Origin: Myxococcales bacterium
GTDB taxonomy: Bacteria > Myxococcota_A > Polyangia > Haliangiales > Haliangiaceae
Direction: 5' to 3'
NCBI GenBank assembly: GCA_043759315.1
Contig: JAYVLW010000136.1
Coordinates: forward strand, 1 to 61,566
DNA: 61,566 bases
Shown: positions 8,930 through 16,344 of the stretch, piece after piece
Numbering within the stretch: position 1 is the first letter of the stretch
Layout of the letters: the number at the start of each line of letters is the position of its first letter
Notes under the pieces: model-generated
Database searches by the model: none
What the model saw: the letters and a program-made list of their open reading frames with translations, nothing else
Told to the model about the DNA's origin: nothing
Translations under genes and position numbers: made by a program

Positions 8930-10254
8930 TCCGCGCTGCGCTCGTGATGCTCGCCGTCGCCGCATGCGGGCCGAAGGTCCAGCGAGCGGCGCCGCGGCCC
9001 GCGGCCGGCGACGAGGTCACGCTGTATCGCGACCGCGCACTGGTCAAGCAGCGGGTCGAGGTCAACATCCCGCCGGCCGATACGGCAACGGTGACGGTGC
9101 GCGTCCCGATCGGCGTCGATGTCGATGACGTGGTGGTGCTCGAGCGCGGCGAGCTCATCGTTTCGGAGCTGCGCGCGGCCGGGGTCCCAGGTGTGACGGA
9201 GCCGGCGAGGCAGAAGGCCGCCGATCCAGAGCCGTCAGAGGACGAGGAGGAGAAGGAGACCACCGAAGAGGACGGGCCGATCGCGCCGCAGGCGCCAACC
9301 GCGCCGACGGAAGTGACGTTCGTGGTCAGCGGTCCGCACGCGGGTCACTTCACGCTCTACCTGGGGTACGTCACCGAGAGGATCACGTGGGACGCGGCCT
9401 ACACGCTGACGACCACGCCGGCACGCGAACGGGTGACGTTGCGCGGTGCGATCGCGATCCGCAACACCACCGGCCTCGGGTTCGCGAACATCCGCGCGTT
9501 CGTCGTCGATAGCGAGCTCGGCGCGTGGCGCGGGCGGCTCGCAGAGCAGTTCGGTGCGCAGCTCGCCGGCACGCCGACCGGCAGCACGCCGGTCGCGCAG
9601 CCGCGGACGCTCGGGACGATCGTGCTCGGGACCGGCGAGACCCGCGTCGAGCTGTTGCCCGGCGATGCACCGCGCAAGATGCACTCGGTCCTCGTCTACG
9701 ATCCGATCGGCACCAAGCTCGACCACAGCGGTTCAGCGCCGATCCGCGATCCGGTGCTCGGCGTGGTACCGGTCGCGGACTCGCGCGTCACCGAGAGCTT
9801 CGAGGTCCAGCGCGAGCAGTCGTCGAGCGCGGGCCTTCCGGGCGGGCCGGTGCGCCTCCTCGAGCGCCGTGCCGATGGTTCTCTCGCTGTCCTCGGCGAA
9901 GCCCGGTTGTTCGACGCTGCAACACGCGTGGCCGGCGTCGATACCGTCGCCATCGGCACGGCGACCGGCGTGAGTGGGAGACGCGAGCGGCGCGAGCTGA
10001 CGGTCGATGATGATGGCAAGCGCCTCGTCGAAGAGTTCGTGCTGACCGTGACGAACACGCGCGCGCTACCGGTCGAGGTCGTTCTCCGCGAGCATCTCTA
10101 CCGCGGGCAGAACTGGACCCTGGCGTATCGGTCCGCGCTCGAGGCCGACAAGGAAGGACCGCAGCAGATCTCGATGCGAACCACAGTGCCAGCACACGGC
10201 AGCACGAAGGTGCTCTACGTTGCGGTCTACACCTGGGAGCCAGCCACGAAGTGA
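8923..10254 (+). CDS. DUF4139-like lipoprotein, paralogous to the preceding gene, with an acidic insert
   Basis: Inner ATG of ORF 8689..10254 (aa 79), 7 nt overlap with the upstream gene (ATGGTGA). MVIRAALVMLAVAACG lipobox. ..GYVTERITWDAAYTLTT..LRGAIAIRNTTGLGFANIRAFVVDSE.. matches the DUF4139 pattern. Insert: PSEDEEEKETTEEDG. Confidence 0.7.
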   Translation: MVIRAALVMLAVAACGPKVQRAAPRPAAGDEVTLYRDRALVKQRVEVNIPPADTATVTVRVPIGVDVDDVVVLERGELIVSELRAAGVPGVTEPARQKAADPEPSEDEEEKETTEEDGPIAPQAPTAPTEVTFVVSGPHAGHFTLYLGYVTERITWDAAYTLTTTPARERVTLRGAIAIRNTTGLGFANIRAFVVDSELGAWRGRLAEQFGAQLAGTPTGSTPVAQPRTLGTIVLGTGETRVELLPGDAPRKMHSVLVYDPIGTKLDHSGSAPIRDPVLGVVPVADSRVTESFEVQREQSSSAGLPGGPVRLLERRADGSLAVLGEARLFDAATRVAGVDTVAIGTATGVSGRRERRELTVDDDGKRLVEEFVLTVTNTRALPVEVVLREHLYRGQNWTLAYRSALEADKEGPQQISMRTTVPAHGSTKVLYVAVYTWEPATK

Positions 10255-10982
10255 CCGCGCTCGCGAAGATCGAACACCTGACGATTCACTACGGCAAGCG
10301 GCTCGCGGTCGATGACCTGAGCCTCGAGCTTGGCCCCGGCGAGATCGTGCTGCTGCTCGGACCGAACGGCGCCGGCAAGAGCACCACGCTGTCGGCGATC
10401 GCCGGCTCGATCGTCCCCACTGCAGGCAAGATCCTCGTCGGCACACAGGACCTGGCGACTGCACCGCGATCGCTGCGCGGCAAGGTCGGGTTCGCCGATC
10501 AGCCGCCAGCGCTCTACGAGTTCTTCACCGTCCTCGAGCACGTGACGTTCGTCGCGGAGGCACGCGGTTCCGACCGCGCGGCGGCGGAGGGGGTGCTCGG
10601 CTCACTCGGCCTCGACAAGATTCTTGCGCGGCCGTGCCGCGAGCTGTCGTTCGGCATGCGCCAGCGCGTGGGCCTCGCGGCGGCGCTCGTCGGCGGCGTC
10701 GACCTCGTCCTTCTCGACGAGACCCTCAACGGCCTGGATCCGCACGCATCGCGCTCGGCACGCACCGCGCTCAAGGCAGCCGCCACGCGTGGCGCGACGG
10801 TCCTGATGTCCACCCACCTGCTCGGCGTGGCGGAGCGGATGTGCGATCGCATCTTGCTCATGGACAAAGGCAAGCTCGTCGCCGACAAGCGCGGTCAGGA
10901 ACTCGCGCAGCTCCTCGGCAAGGGTCCCTCTGCCGTCGAGGACTTCTACGTGTCTCTGATCGAGGACGAAGGCCCCACGTGA
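10251..10982 (+). CDS. ABC transporter ATP-binding protein
   Basis: GTG start overlapping the upstream stop (GTGA). Walker A GPNGAGKST, signature LSFGMRQR, Walker B LVLLDE, H-loop STHLL. Confidence 0.9.
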   Translation: MTALAKIEHLTIHYGKRLAVDDLSLELGPGEIVLLLGPNGAGKSTTLSAIAGSIVPTAGKILVGTQDLATAPRSLRGKVGFADQPPALYEFFTVLEHVTFVAEARGSDRAAAEGVLGSLGLDKILARPCRELSFGMRQRVGLAAALVGGVDLVLLDETLNGLDPHASRSARTALKAAATRGATVLMSTHLLGVAERMCDRILLMDKGKLVADKRGQELAQLLGKGPSAVEDFYVSLIEDEGPT

Positions 10983-12283
10983 CCAGCGTCGATCTGATCC
11001 GGTGGTCCACGCTCCACGACAAGCGGGCCCGAAGCGGCGCCGCGTTCGCGGCCGTGTGGATCGCCGGCGCCGCGCTCGCTGGATGGGTGTGGTGGCGCGG
11101 CATTCCCGCCGCCGACGCGTACTCGGACGCCGAGCGAGCCGCTGCCAACACCGCGGCACTCGCGAGCGCGAGCCACGCCTGGCTCGCCGGCACTCTTGCC
11201 GCCTATGCGTTCGCGTTCATGCGCGTCCCGTTCCACCTGTACTGGCGCGCCGACGCCGCGCTCCTCGCGCAGCTCCCGATCGAAGGCGGCCCGCTTCTCG
11301 ACGCCGCGCTGTGGCGGTGCGTGAAGTCCGCGCTGTGGACCACCCTCGTCGTCGGGATCGGCGCAACCCCCATCGCATGGAAGTCGACCGAGCTACTCGC
11401 GCGGCATCTCGCCGTCGCAGGCGCACTGGGCCTCGCGGCGGCATTGTTCCTCCCCGCAGTCGCGGTCTGGGCCGCGTCCCTCGTCGCCGTCGGCCAGAGC
11501 GATCGCGTCCAGGCCCTGCGCGTGGCCGCGGGCATCGATGGCAAGCGCCCTCCCGCCGCCGCGACCACGCCGCCGGCGCCCTCCACCGCCGCCCTCGGCG
11601 CGTTCCCCGGCTTCGCCTCGAGCCTCCTCATCGTCGGAATCCTGATAGCGAGCTCGTGGCTCACCGGCGGCTCGCCCAATGTGCCGATGCCGATCGTCCT
11701 TGCTTCGATCGGCGGCGTCTCCCTGGTCTCGATCCTCGCGACGCGCGCCACCGCCCCGCGCGTGATGGGCACCATCCTTCGCGACGTCTCGGCCCTCGAT
11801 CGTCAGCGACTCGCGACCCTCGAGATCCACCCGCCGAGCGCGATCGAGCGCGCCATCGCCCGCATCATCGGCGACGCTGCCCTCCCCTACTCCAAGGATG
11901 CGCGCCTCATGCGCCGCCGCTATCCGATGGCCTTCGCTCTCGGCGGGCTGACCTTCATCGTCCTTGTCATCGTCGGGATCTCTCGCCCTGTGGATCCGAC
12001 CCCGTGGCTCACGGCCACGCTGGTCGGGACGGCCGCCTACGGCCTCTCCCTCTCGGGCCGGCTGCAACGCCCCCCGATCGAGCTCCCGAAGCTCTCGGCC
12101 ACCCTCCCGATCTCGTCCTCGTCGCGCCGCCTCGCGAAGCTCGTCTGGATCCTCGGCTGGTGGACCATCTTTGTCCTCGGCCCCGGCCTGTTCGCCGCTC
12201 TCCGCCAGCCTTCGCCGCTCCCGGGCCTCGCCCTTGTCGGCGGCGGCACCCTGGCGGTGCTGGTGGCGGCCCTCGTCCGGTAA
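10979..12283 (+). CDS. polytopic membrane protein, putative permease partner of the ABC ATPase; no recognisable family
   Basis: GTG at aa 116 of ORF 10634..12283, overlapping the ABC stop (GTGA). About 10 hydrophobic segments, high GC3. The upstream part of the track ORF is Arg-rich junk overlapping the ABC gene. Confidence 0.7.
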   Translation: MTSVDLIRWSTLHDKRARSGAAFAAVWIAGAALAGWVWWRGIPAADAYSDAERAAANTAALASASHAWLAGTLAAYAFAFMRVPFHLYWRADAALLAQLPIEGGPLLDAALWRCVKSALWTTLVVGIGATPIAWKSTELLARHLAVAGALGLAAALFLPAVAVWAASLVAVGQSDRVQALRVAAGIDGKRPPAAATTPPAPSTAALGAFPGFASSLLIVGILIASSWLTGGSPNVPMPIVLASIGGVSLVSILATRATAPRVMGTILRDVSALDRQRLATLEIHPPSAIERAIARIIGDAALPYSKDARLMRRRYPMAFALGGLTFIVLVIVGISRPVDPTPWLTATLVGTAAYGLSLSGRLQRPPIELPKLSATLPISSSSRRLAKLVWILGWWTIFVLGPGLFAALRQPSPLPGLALVGGGTLAVLVAALVR

Positions 12284-12284
12284 A

Positions 12285-12332
12285 GGGGACGGTTTCAACT
12301 TACGCAACTTGCGATCTCCAAGGCCGCGAAAC
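12285..12332. repeat. inverted copy (left arm) of a ~57-nt intergenic repeat
   Basis: ggggacggtttcaacttacgcaacttgcgatc (12285-12316) is the perfect reverse complement of 12387-12418 and of 12449-12480. cgcgaaac (12325-12332) matches the distal end of the unit. Starts 2 nt after the TAA of the upstream gene. Confidence 0.9.
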
Positions 12333-12370
12333 TGCGTCATCCGCGGGCGATTGGTTCCCCGCGCGACAAC

Positions 12371-12427
12371 GTTTCGCGAGGTTCCAGATCGCAAGTTGCG
12401 TAAGTTGAAACCGTCCCCGTTCGCTCG
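12371..12427. repeat. direct repeat unit 1 (57 nt)
   Basis: gtttcgcgaggttccagatcgcaagttgcgtaagttgaaaccgtccccgttcgctcg. Differs from unit 2 at 2 positions. Confidence 0.9.
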
Positions 12428-12432
12428 ACGAG

Positions 12433-12489
12433 GTTTCGCGGGGTTCCGGATCGCAAGTTGCGTAAGTTGAAACCGTCCCCGTTCGCTCG
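12433..12489. repeat. direct repeat unit 2 (57 nt, period 62 nt)
   Basis: gtttcgcggggttccggatcgcaagttgcgtaagttgaaaccgtccccgttcgctcg. Ends 12 nt before the ATG at 12502. Confidence 0.9.
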
Positions 12490-12501
12490 TGTCTGGATTG
12501 G

Positions 12502-13432
12502 ATGCGGGTGTTGTTGCTGCTTGCGTGTCTTGGAGGGTGCGAACGGGCGGAGCCCGAAGCGGTGCCGACACCGCCGATCGCGGTTGCCTCAATGCCACCG
12601 GTCGAGGCGCCAAAGCCTGCGGCGTCGCTGCCGGCATTGGTCGACACGCGGACCGGGGTCGAGCGGCCGGAGCCCACGGTCAAACGGCCCGTGCGGAAGA
12701 ACTGGTTCTCGATGATGTCCGCGGCGCAGCAGCGTGCCGCGAGAGAGATCTGCAAGATCCGGAAGGACGATCCGTGCGCGGGGATGATGCCAAAGCCGCA
12801 CATGGAGGACGGCACAGCTCCACCGCGTGAACGGATCAGCGAACTGTTCGAGAAGTTCGACGACGAACAGAGCGTGAGGGTCAGCGAGCTGTGTCGCCGG
12901 GTGAACGGCAACGTGTGTGACACGCCACTCGTGGTCGCGTTCGACGGGGAGCCCATCGAGCTCGTGCCGGCGATGGCGGAGCGGTTTGCGTTTCGACCGG
13001 GCGAGCCCGCGACGAGCGACTGGCCGAGCGCACGCACGCCGTGGCTCGCGATCGATCGCGATGGAGATGGCGCGATCACGAGCGGCGCCGAGCTGTTCGG
13101 CGATGCGACGCGGCTGCCGACCGGGGATAGCGCGCGGAATGGGTTTGCTGCGCTCGCTCCGCTCGACGCAAATGACGACGGCGTGATCGATCGCCGCGAT
13201 CCGATGTTCGCGACGCTTCTGCTGTGGACCGATCGCAACGGCGACCATGCGAGCAGCGCCGGCGAGCTGCGCCCCGCGAGCGACGTGGTGATCTCGATTC
13301 CGATCGCCGCACGTGCGGAGACGAGGTGCGATCCGCGCGGTAATTGCGAGGGCGAGCGCGCTGACGTGGCGCGATGCGAGCGGCGTGGTGCGGACCGGCG
13401 CGATCGTCGACGTCTATCTGCGCAGTCGCTGA
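12502..13432 (+). CDS. calcium-binding (DxDxDG loop) lipoprotein with an apparent 1-nt frameshift near 13358-13362
   Basis: ORF 12502..13512 starts MRVLLLLACLGGC (lipobox) and has loops DRDGDGAITSGAEL, DANDDGVIDRRD and DRNGDHASSAGEL. After ..RGNCEGERA the track frame becomes Arg-rich and overlaps the AraC gene by 77 nt. The +1 frame reads LTWRDASGVVRTGAIVDVYLRSR* and stops at 13430-13432, 3 nt before the AraC stop. Confidence 0.6.
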
Positions 13433-13435
13433 CCG

Positions 13436-14452
13436 CTAACGCGAGTGGTGCGATCCCCGCTCGCGGTAGGCGTGCGGTGTCATGCCGGTCCACTTGCGAA
13501 ACGCGCGCGTGAAGTTCGGCAGCTCGCTGTACCCGAGCTTCGTCGCGATCTCGCCGATCGAAAGGTCGCGGTTGTCGAGAAGGAGGAGCGCACGTTGCCG
13601 GCGCTGGTCGTCGCGGATCGCGGAGAACGTGGTGTCGTGCTCGGCGAGCTTGCGCTTGAGAGTTCGCGTCGACATGCGGAGTTGCTTCGCGACGTCGGTG
13701 ACCGGAGGGAAGTCAGACCGCGCCGCGAACAGTGCGCGGATCCGTGACGGCAGGCCCGCGTCGACAACGGCCGCGAGCTCGCGCTCCAGCTGCGCGGTGG
13801 AGATCTTGGTGGCGACCGGATCGGCGCTCACGAGCGGTAGGCCGAGCACGCGCGCCGCGAACACCAGGCGATGGGCCGGCCGATCGAACCGCAGGCGACC
13901 ACCGAGGGGTAGGGTCGCGGCGTACGCTGGCGCCGGGAACGCGCACTCGGCGTAGCCATCGAGCGGCGCACCGGTGAGGCCGCGGCCGAGCTGCCAGATA
14001 CCGACGAGCAGCGCGATCACGAGGAACTCGCGCATGTCGCCGAGTGGCGTGCGCTCCTCGATCACGACGCTCGCGGAGTCACCCTCGCTGTGGAGCGCGA
14101 GCGAGATCGCCGAGGTGCGGGTCGATGCGAACTTCGTCGCGAGCTCGAGTGCCTCGCGTACGGTGCCGGCGGTCATCGCCGCGAATCCGAGGAAGCCGTG
14201 CGACGACAGCCGCATCTGCGTACCGACATGAAACGCGAGTGCGGGCTCGTGCGTCAGTGCGTGCGCACGCGCGATGATCGCCTCGCAGACCTTGAGCGGG
14301 ACGCGGGTCGTGGGATCCGCGAGCGCCGCCGCCGTGATCGGAAGATCGGCGAGCAGTGCGTCGGGCGCGACGTTCCACCGTCCCGTCAGCTCGACGAGGT
14401 CACGGATGTAGGCCCCGGGAAGGTCGAACACGTGGCCCCAAATGATAACCAC
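13436..14452 (-). CDS. AraC family transcriptional regulator
   Basis: ORF 13436..14452. C-terminal HTH: LSIGEIATKLGYSELPNFTRAFRKWTGMTPHAYR. GTG start; an alternative GTG lies at 14431. Confidence 0.85.
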   Translation of the reverse strand: MVIIWGHVFDLPGAYIRDLVELTGRWNVAPDALLADLPITAAALADPTTRVPLKVCEAIIARAHALTHEPALAFHVGTQMRLSSHGFLGFAAMTAGTVREALELATKFASTRTSAISLALHSEGDSASVVIEERTPLGDMREFLVIALLVGIWQLGRGLTGAPLDGYAECAFPAPAYAATLPLGGRLRFDRPAHRLVFAARVLGLPLVSADPVATKISTAQLERELAAVVDAGLPSRIRALFAARSDFPPVTDVAKQLRMSTRTLKRKLAEHDTTFSAIRDDQRRQRALLLLDNRDLSIGEIATKLGYSELPNFTRAFRKWTGMTPHAYRERGSHHSR

Positions 14453-14503
14453 TCGGCCTGCGCGGACCTAGGGCTGAACCGACGCAGATCCCAGACTGCG
14501 AAG

Positions 14504-15343
14504 ATGACGATCCCACGCCGCGACGTCGACTTCGCACTGACCGCCGAGGGCATCCGCCGCGACTGGTGCAACGACGATCCGTTCCAGACCACGTTCCTGA
14601 ACGCGTTGTCGTTGTTGTTCCCCGAAGGTGAACGGTTCTTCGTCGACTCCGTCAAACAGCACAAGGCGTACGTGACCACGCGCGAGCTCGCCGCACAGGT
14701 GAAGGGCTTCATCGGTCAGGAGGCGATGCACGGGAAGGAGCACCGTGCGTTCAACGAGTTGCTCGTCGCGCACGGCTATGCGGCATCCCCGAGACTCGAG
14801 CTCCGGCTACGGGGATTTCTCCGGCTCGTGCGCAAGGTGCTGTCGCCGAGGTCTCAGCTCGCCGCGACCTGCGCACTCGAACACTTCACCGCGATGCTCG
14901 CCGAGAGCCTGCTTCGCGACGCGCGCATGCGCGACGAGATCGACGAATCCGTCCGCGGCCTGTGGCTGTGGCACGCACTCGAGGAGTCCGAACACAAGGC
15001 GGTCGCATTCGACGTCTATCGCGCGGCGCACGGCGGCTATGTGCGCCGCTCCGCGATCATGCTGCTCACCACCGTGGTGTTCTTCGCGGTGCAGATGCTC
15101 GTCCACGCTCGGCTGATGGCTACCCGTGGCATCCTCCTCCGGCCGTGGACGTGGCTCCGCGGCATCCGGCGCCTGTTCGTGTGGCCGGGGCACCTGACCC
15201 GCCTCGTCCCGGCCTACCTCGCGTACTTCCGCCCGAGCTTCCATCCCGACGACCGCGATACGCGCGAGCTGCTCGCCGAGTGGGAAGCCCGACTGTTCGG
15301 TCCGAGTGGCATGCTCCGCGCGCATCTCGAGCTCGTCGCCTGA
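14504..15343 (+). CDS. predicted metal-dependent hydrolase (PF10118-like)
   Basis: Inner ATG (aa 139) of ORF 14090..15343; the upstream part overlaps AraC. Motifs FLNALSLLFPEGERFFV, GQEAMHGKEH, EESEHKAVAFDVY. Confidence 0.75.
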   Translation: MTIPRRDVDFALTAEGIRRDWCNDDPFQTTFLNALSLLFPEGERFFVDSVKQHKAYVTTRELAAQVKGFIGQEAMHGKEHRAFNELLVAHGYAASPRLELRLRGFLRLVRKVLSPRSQLAATCALEHFTAMLAESLLRDARMRDEIDESVRGLWLWHALEESEHKAVAFDVYRAAHGGYVRRSAIMLLTTVVFFAVQMLVHARLMATRGILLRPWTWLRGIRRLFVWPGHLTRLVPAYLAYFRPSFHPDDRDTRELLAEWEARLFGPSGMLRAHLELVA

Positions 15344-15369
15344 CACGCGTTCGAGGTCGGCGGCCGTTC

Positions 15370-15403
15370 GACACGATCTCGTGTCAGCCCGCTCGAGGAG
15401 CGG
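15370..15403. terminator. two short GC stem-loops between convergent genes (candidate bidirectional terminator)
   Basis: gacacg-atct-cgtgtc (15370-15385) and ccgctc-gag-gagcgg (15389-15403), lying between the stop at 15343 and the stop at 15404. No U-tract. Confidence 0.3.
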
Positions 15404-16288
15404 TCAGCTCGCAGCTCGGAACACGTGCAGCGAGCGAACGCTCCGCTGGATCGCCCCCTGCTGGCCCGGCTTCGCGAGATCGAACAGACACACGACCTCG
15501 GTCTCGAGGCCCGGCGCCACATTCACGACCAGCGACGCGACATTCGCCAGCACGAGATAGAGCCCGAGTCCTGCGCCGTCGGACTCGGTCCTCGGCTGGG
15601 GCCGACCGCGCTCGTTGCGTGCGCGCCGCACGTGATCGATCACGTCGCGCTGGCTCAGCGCCCCGAACCCGTCGCCGACAGAGATCGCGAGCGCGGCATC
15701 GTCCCTGCCCCAGCGGAGCACGGCGCGACGCACGCCGGTGTCGTCGCAATCGCGGAGGGCGTTCATGAGCAGCTCGTCGACCACCGAGGTGATGCGATGG
15801 ATCACCGGCCGCCGTGCCCCGACCGCATCGGCCCAGGCGCAGACCTCGTCGATCGCGTGCCGCTTGTCGGACTCCGAGCGGATCACGCGCTCCCCGACCT
15901 TCGTGCCGCTAGCCAGATACTTTTCGAGACCGAAAACGTCGCCGGATGCGAGCTTTTCGGTCGTGATTCCGAGGTCGCGGTCGTGTGGATCCCCCACCAG
16001 GTGGCTGACCGGGTGCTCGAGCATCAGAGTGATCAGGCCGTCGTCGTCCAGATCATCCCCGACCACGATGACAGGGGCCGAGACGTGATGCAGCTGGGTC
16101 CCGGCTGCCTCGCGGGTCGCCCGGTCGACGACCACCAGGGCGGCGTCCCCCGTCGACGACGGCAGCGTTTCGGCGTGCTCCACGAGCAAGCCTGCGGACG
16201 CCAGCGCGGCGCCGACCACCCGCCGAACGCCCTCGTCTCGGCTGACGCAGACGGCCCGGCGAGACCTCATCGGTGTCGACGGTACCAC
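15404..16288 (-). CDS. receiver-like domain fused to an RsbW/SpoIIAB-type (HATPase_c_2) serine kinase-like domain
   Basis: ORF 15404..16288; alternative ATG at 16270. N-terminal CheY-like pattern (..AALVVVDRAT..PVIVVGDD..). C-terminal N-box VVDELLMNAL and G2 box DGAGLGLYLV. Confidence 0.7.
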   Translation of the reverse strand: MVPSTPMRSRRAVCVSRDEGVRRVVGAALASAGLLVEHAETLPSSTGDAALVVVDRATREAAGTQLHHVSAPVIVVGDDLDDDGLITLMLEHPVSHLVGDPHDRDLGITTEKLASGDVFGLEKYLASGTKVGERVIRSESDKRHAIDEVCAWADAVGARRPVIHRITSVVDELLMNALRDCDDTGVRRAVLRWGRDDAALAISVGDGFGALSQRDVIDHVRRARNERGRPQPRTESDGAGLGLYLVLANVASLVVNVAPGLETEVVCLFDLAKPGQQGAIQRSVRSLHVFRAAS

Positions 16289-16344
16289 CGGAAAGGGCTA
16301 GTTCTGGCGTCTTTTGACAGGGTCCTGGTACGCTCGGTAGTCGC

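Noticed and set aside
12387-12480. Possible mini-CRISPR: two 32-nt identical repeats ending in ..gttgaaaccgtcccc, separated by ~30 nt
   Set aside because: There are only two direct copies, and the flanks of the repeats are duplicated too (57-nt units, so the spacer is not unique). A third copy is inverted, and no cas genes are in the window. It behaves as a tandem-duplicated palindromic element, not an array.
13433-13512. ORF-track end of the Ca-binding lipoprotein ORF at 13512, overlapping AraC by 77 nt
   Set aside because: The tail in that frame is Arg-rich nonsense. An alternative frame gives a protein-like C-terminus ending at 13432. I treat it as a frameshift (see findings).
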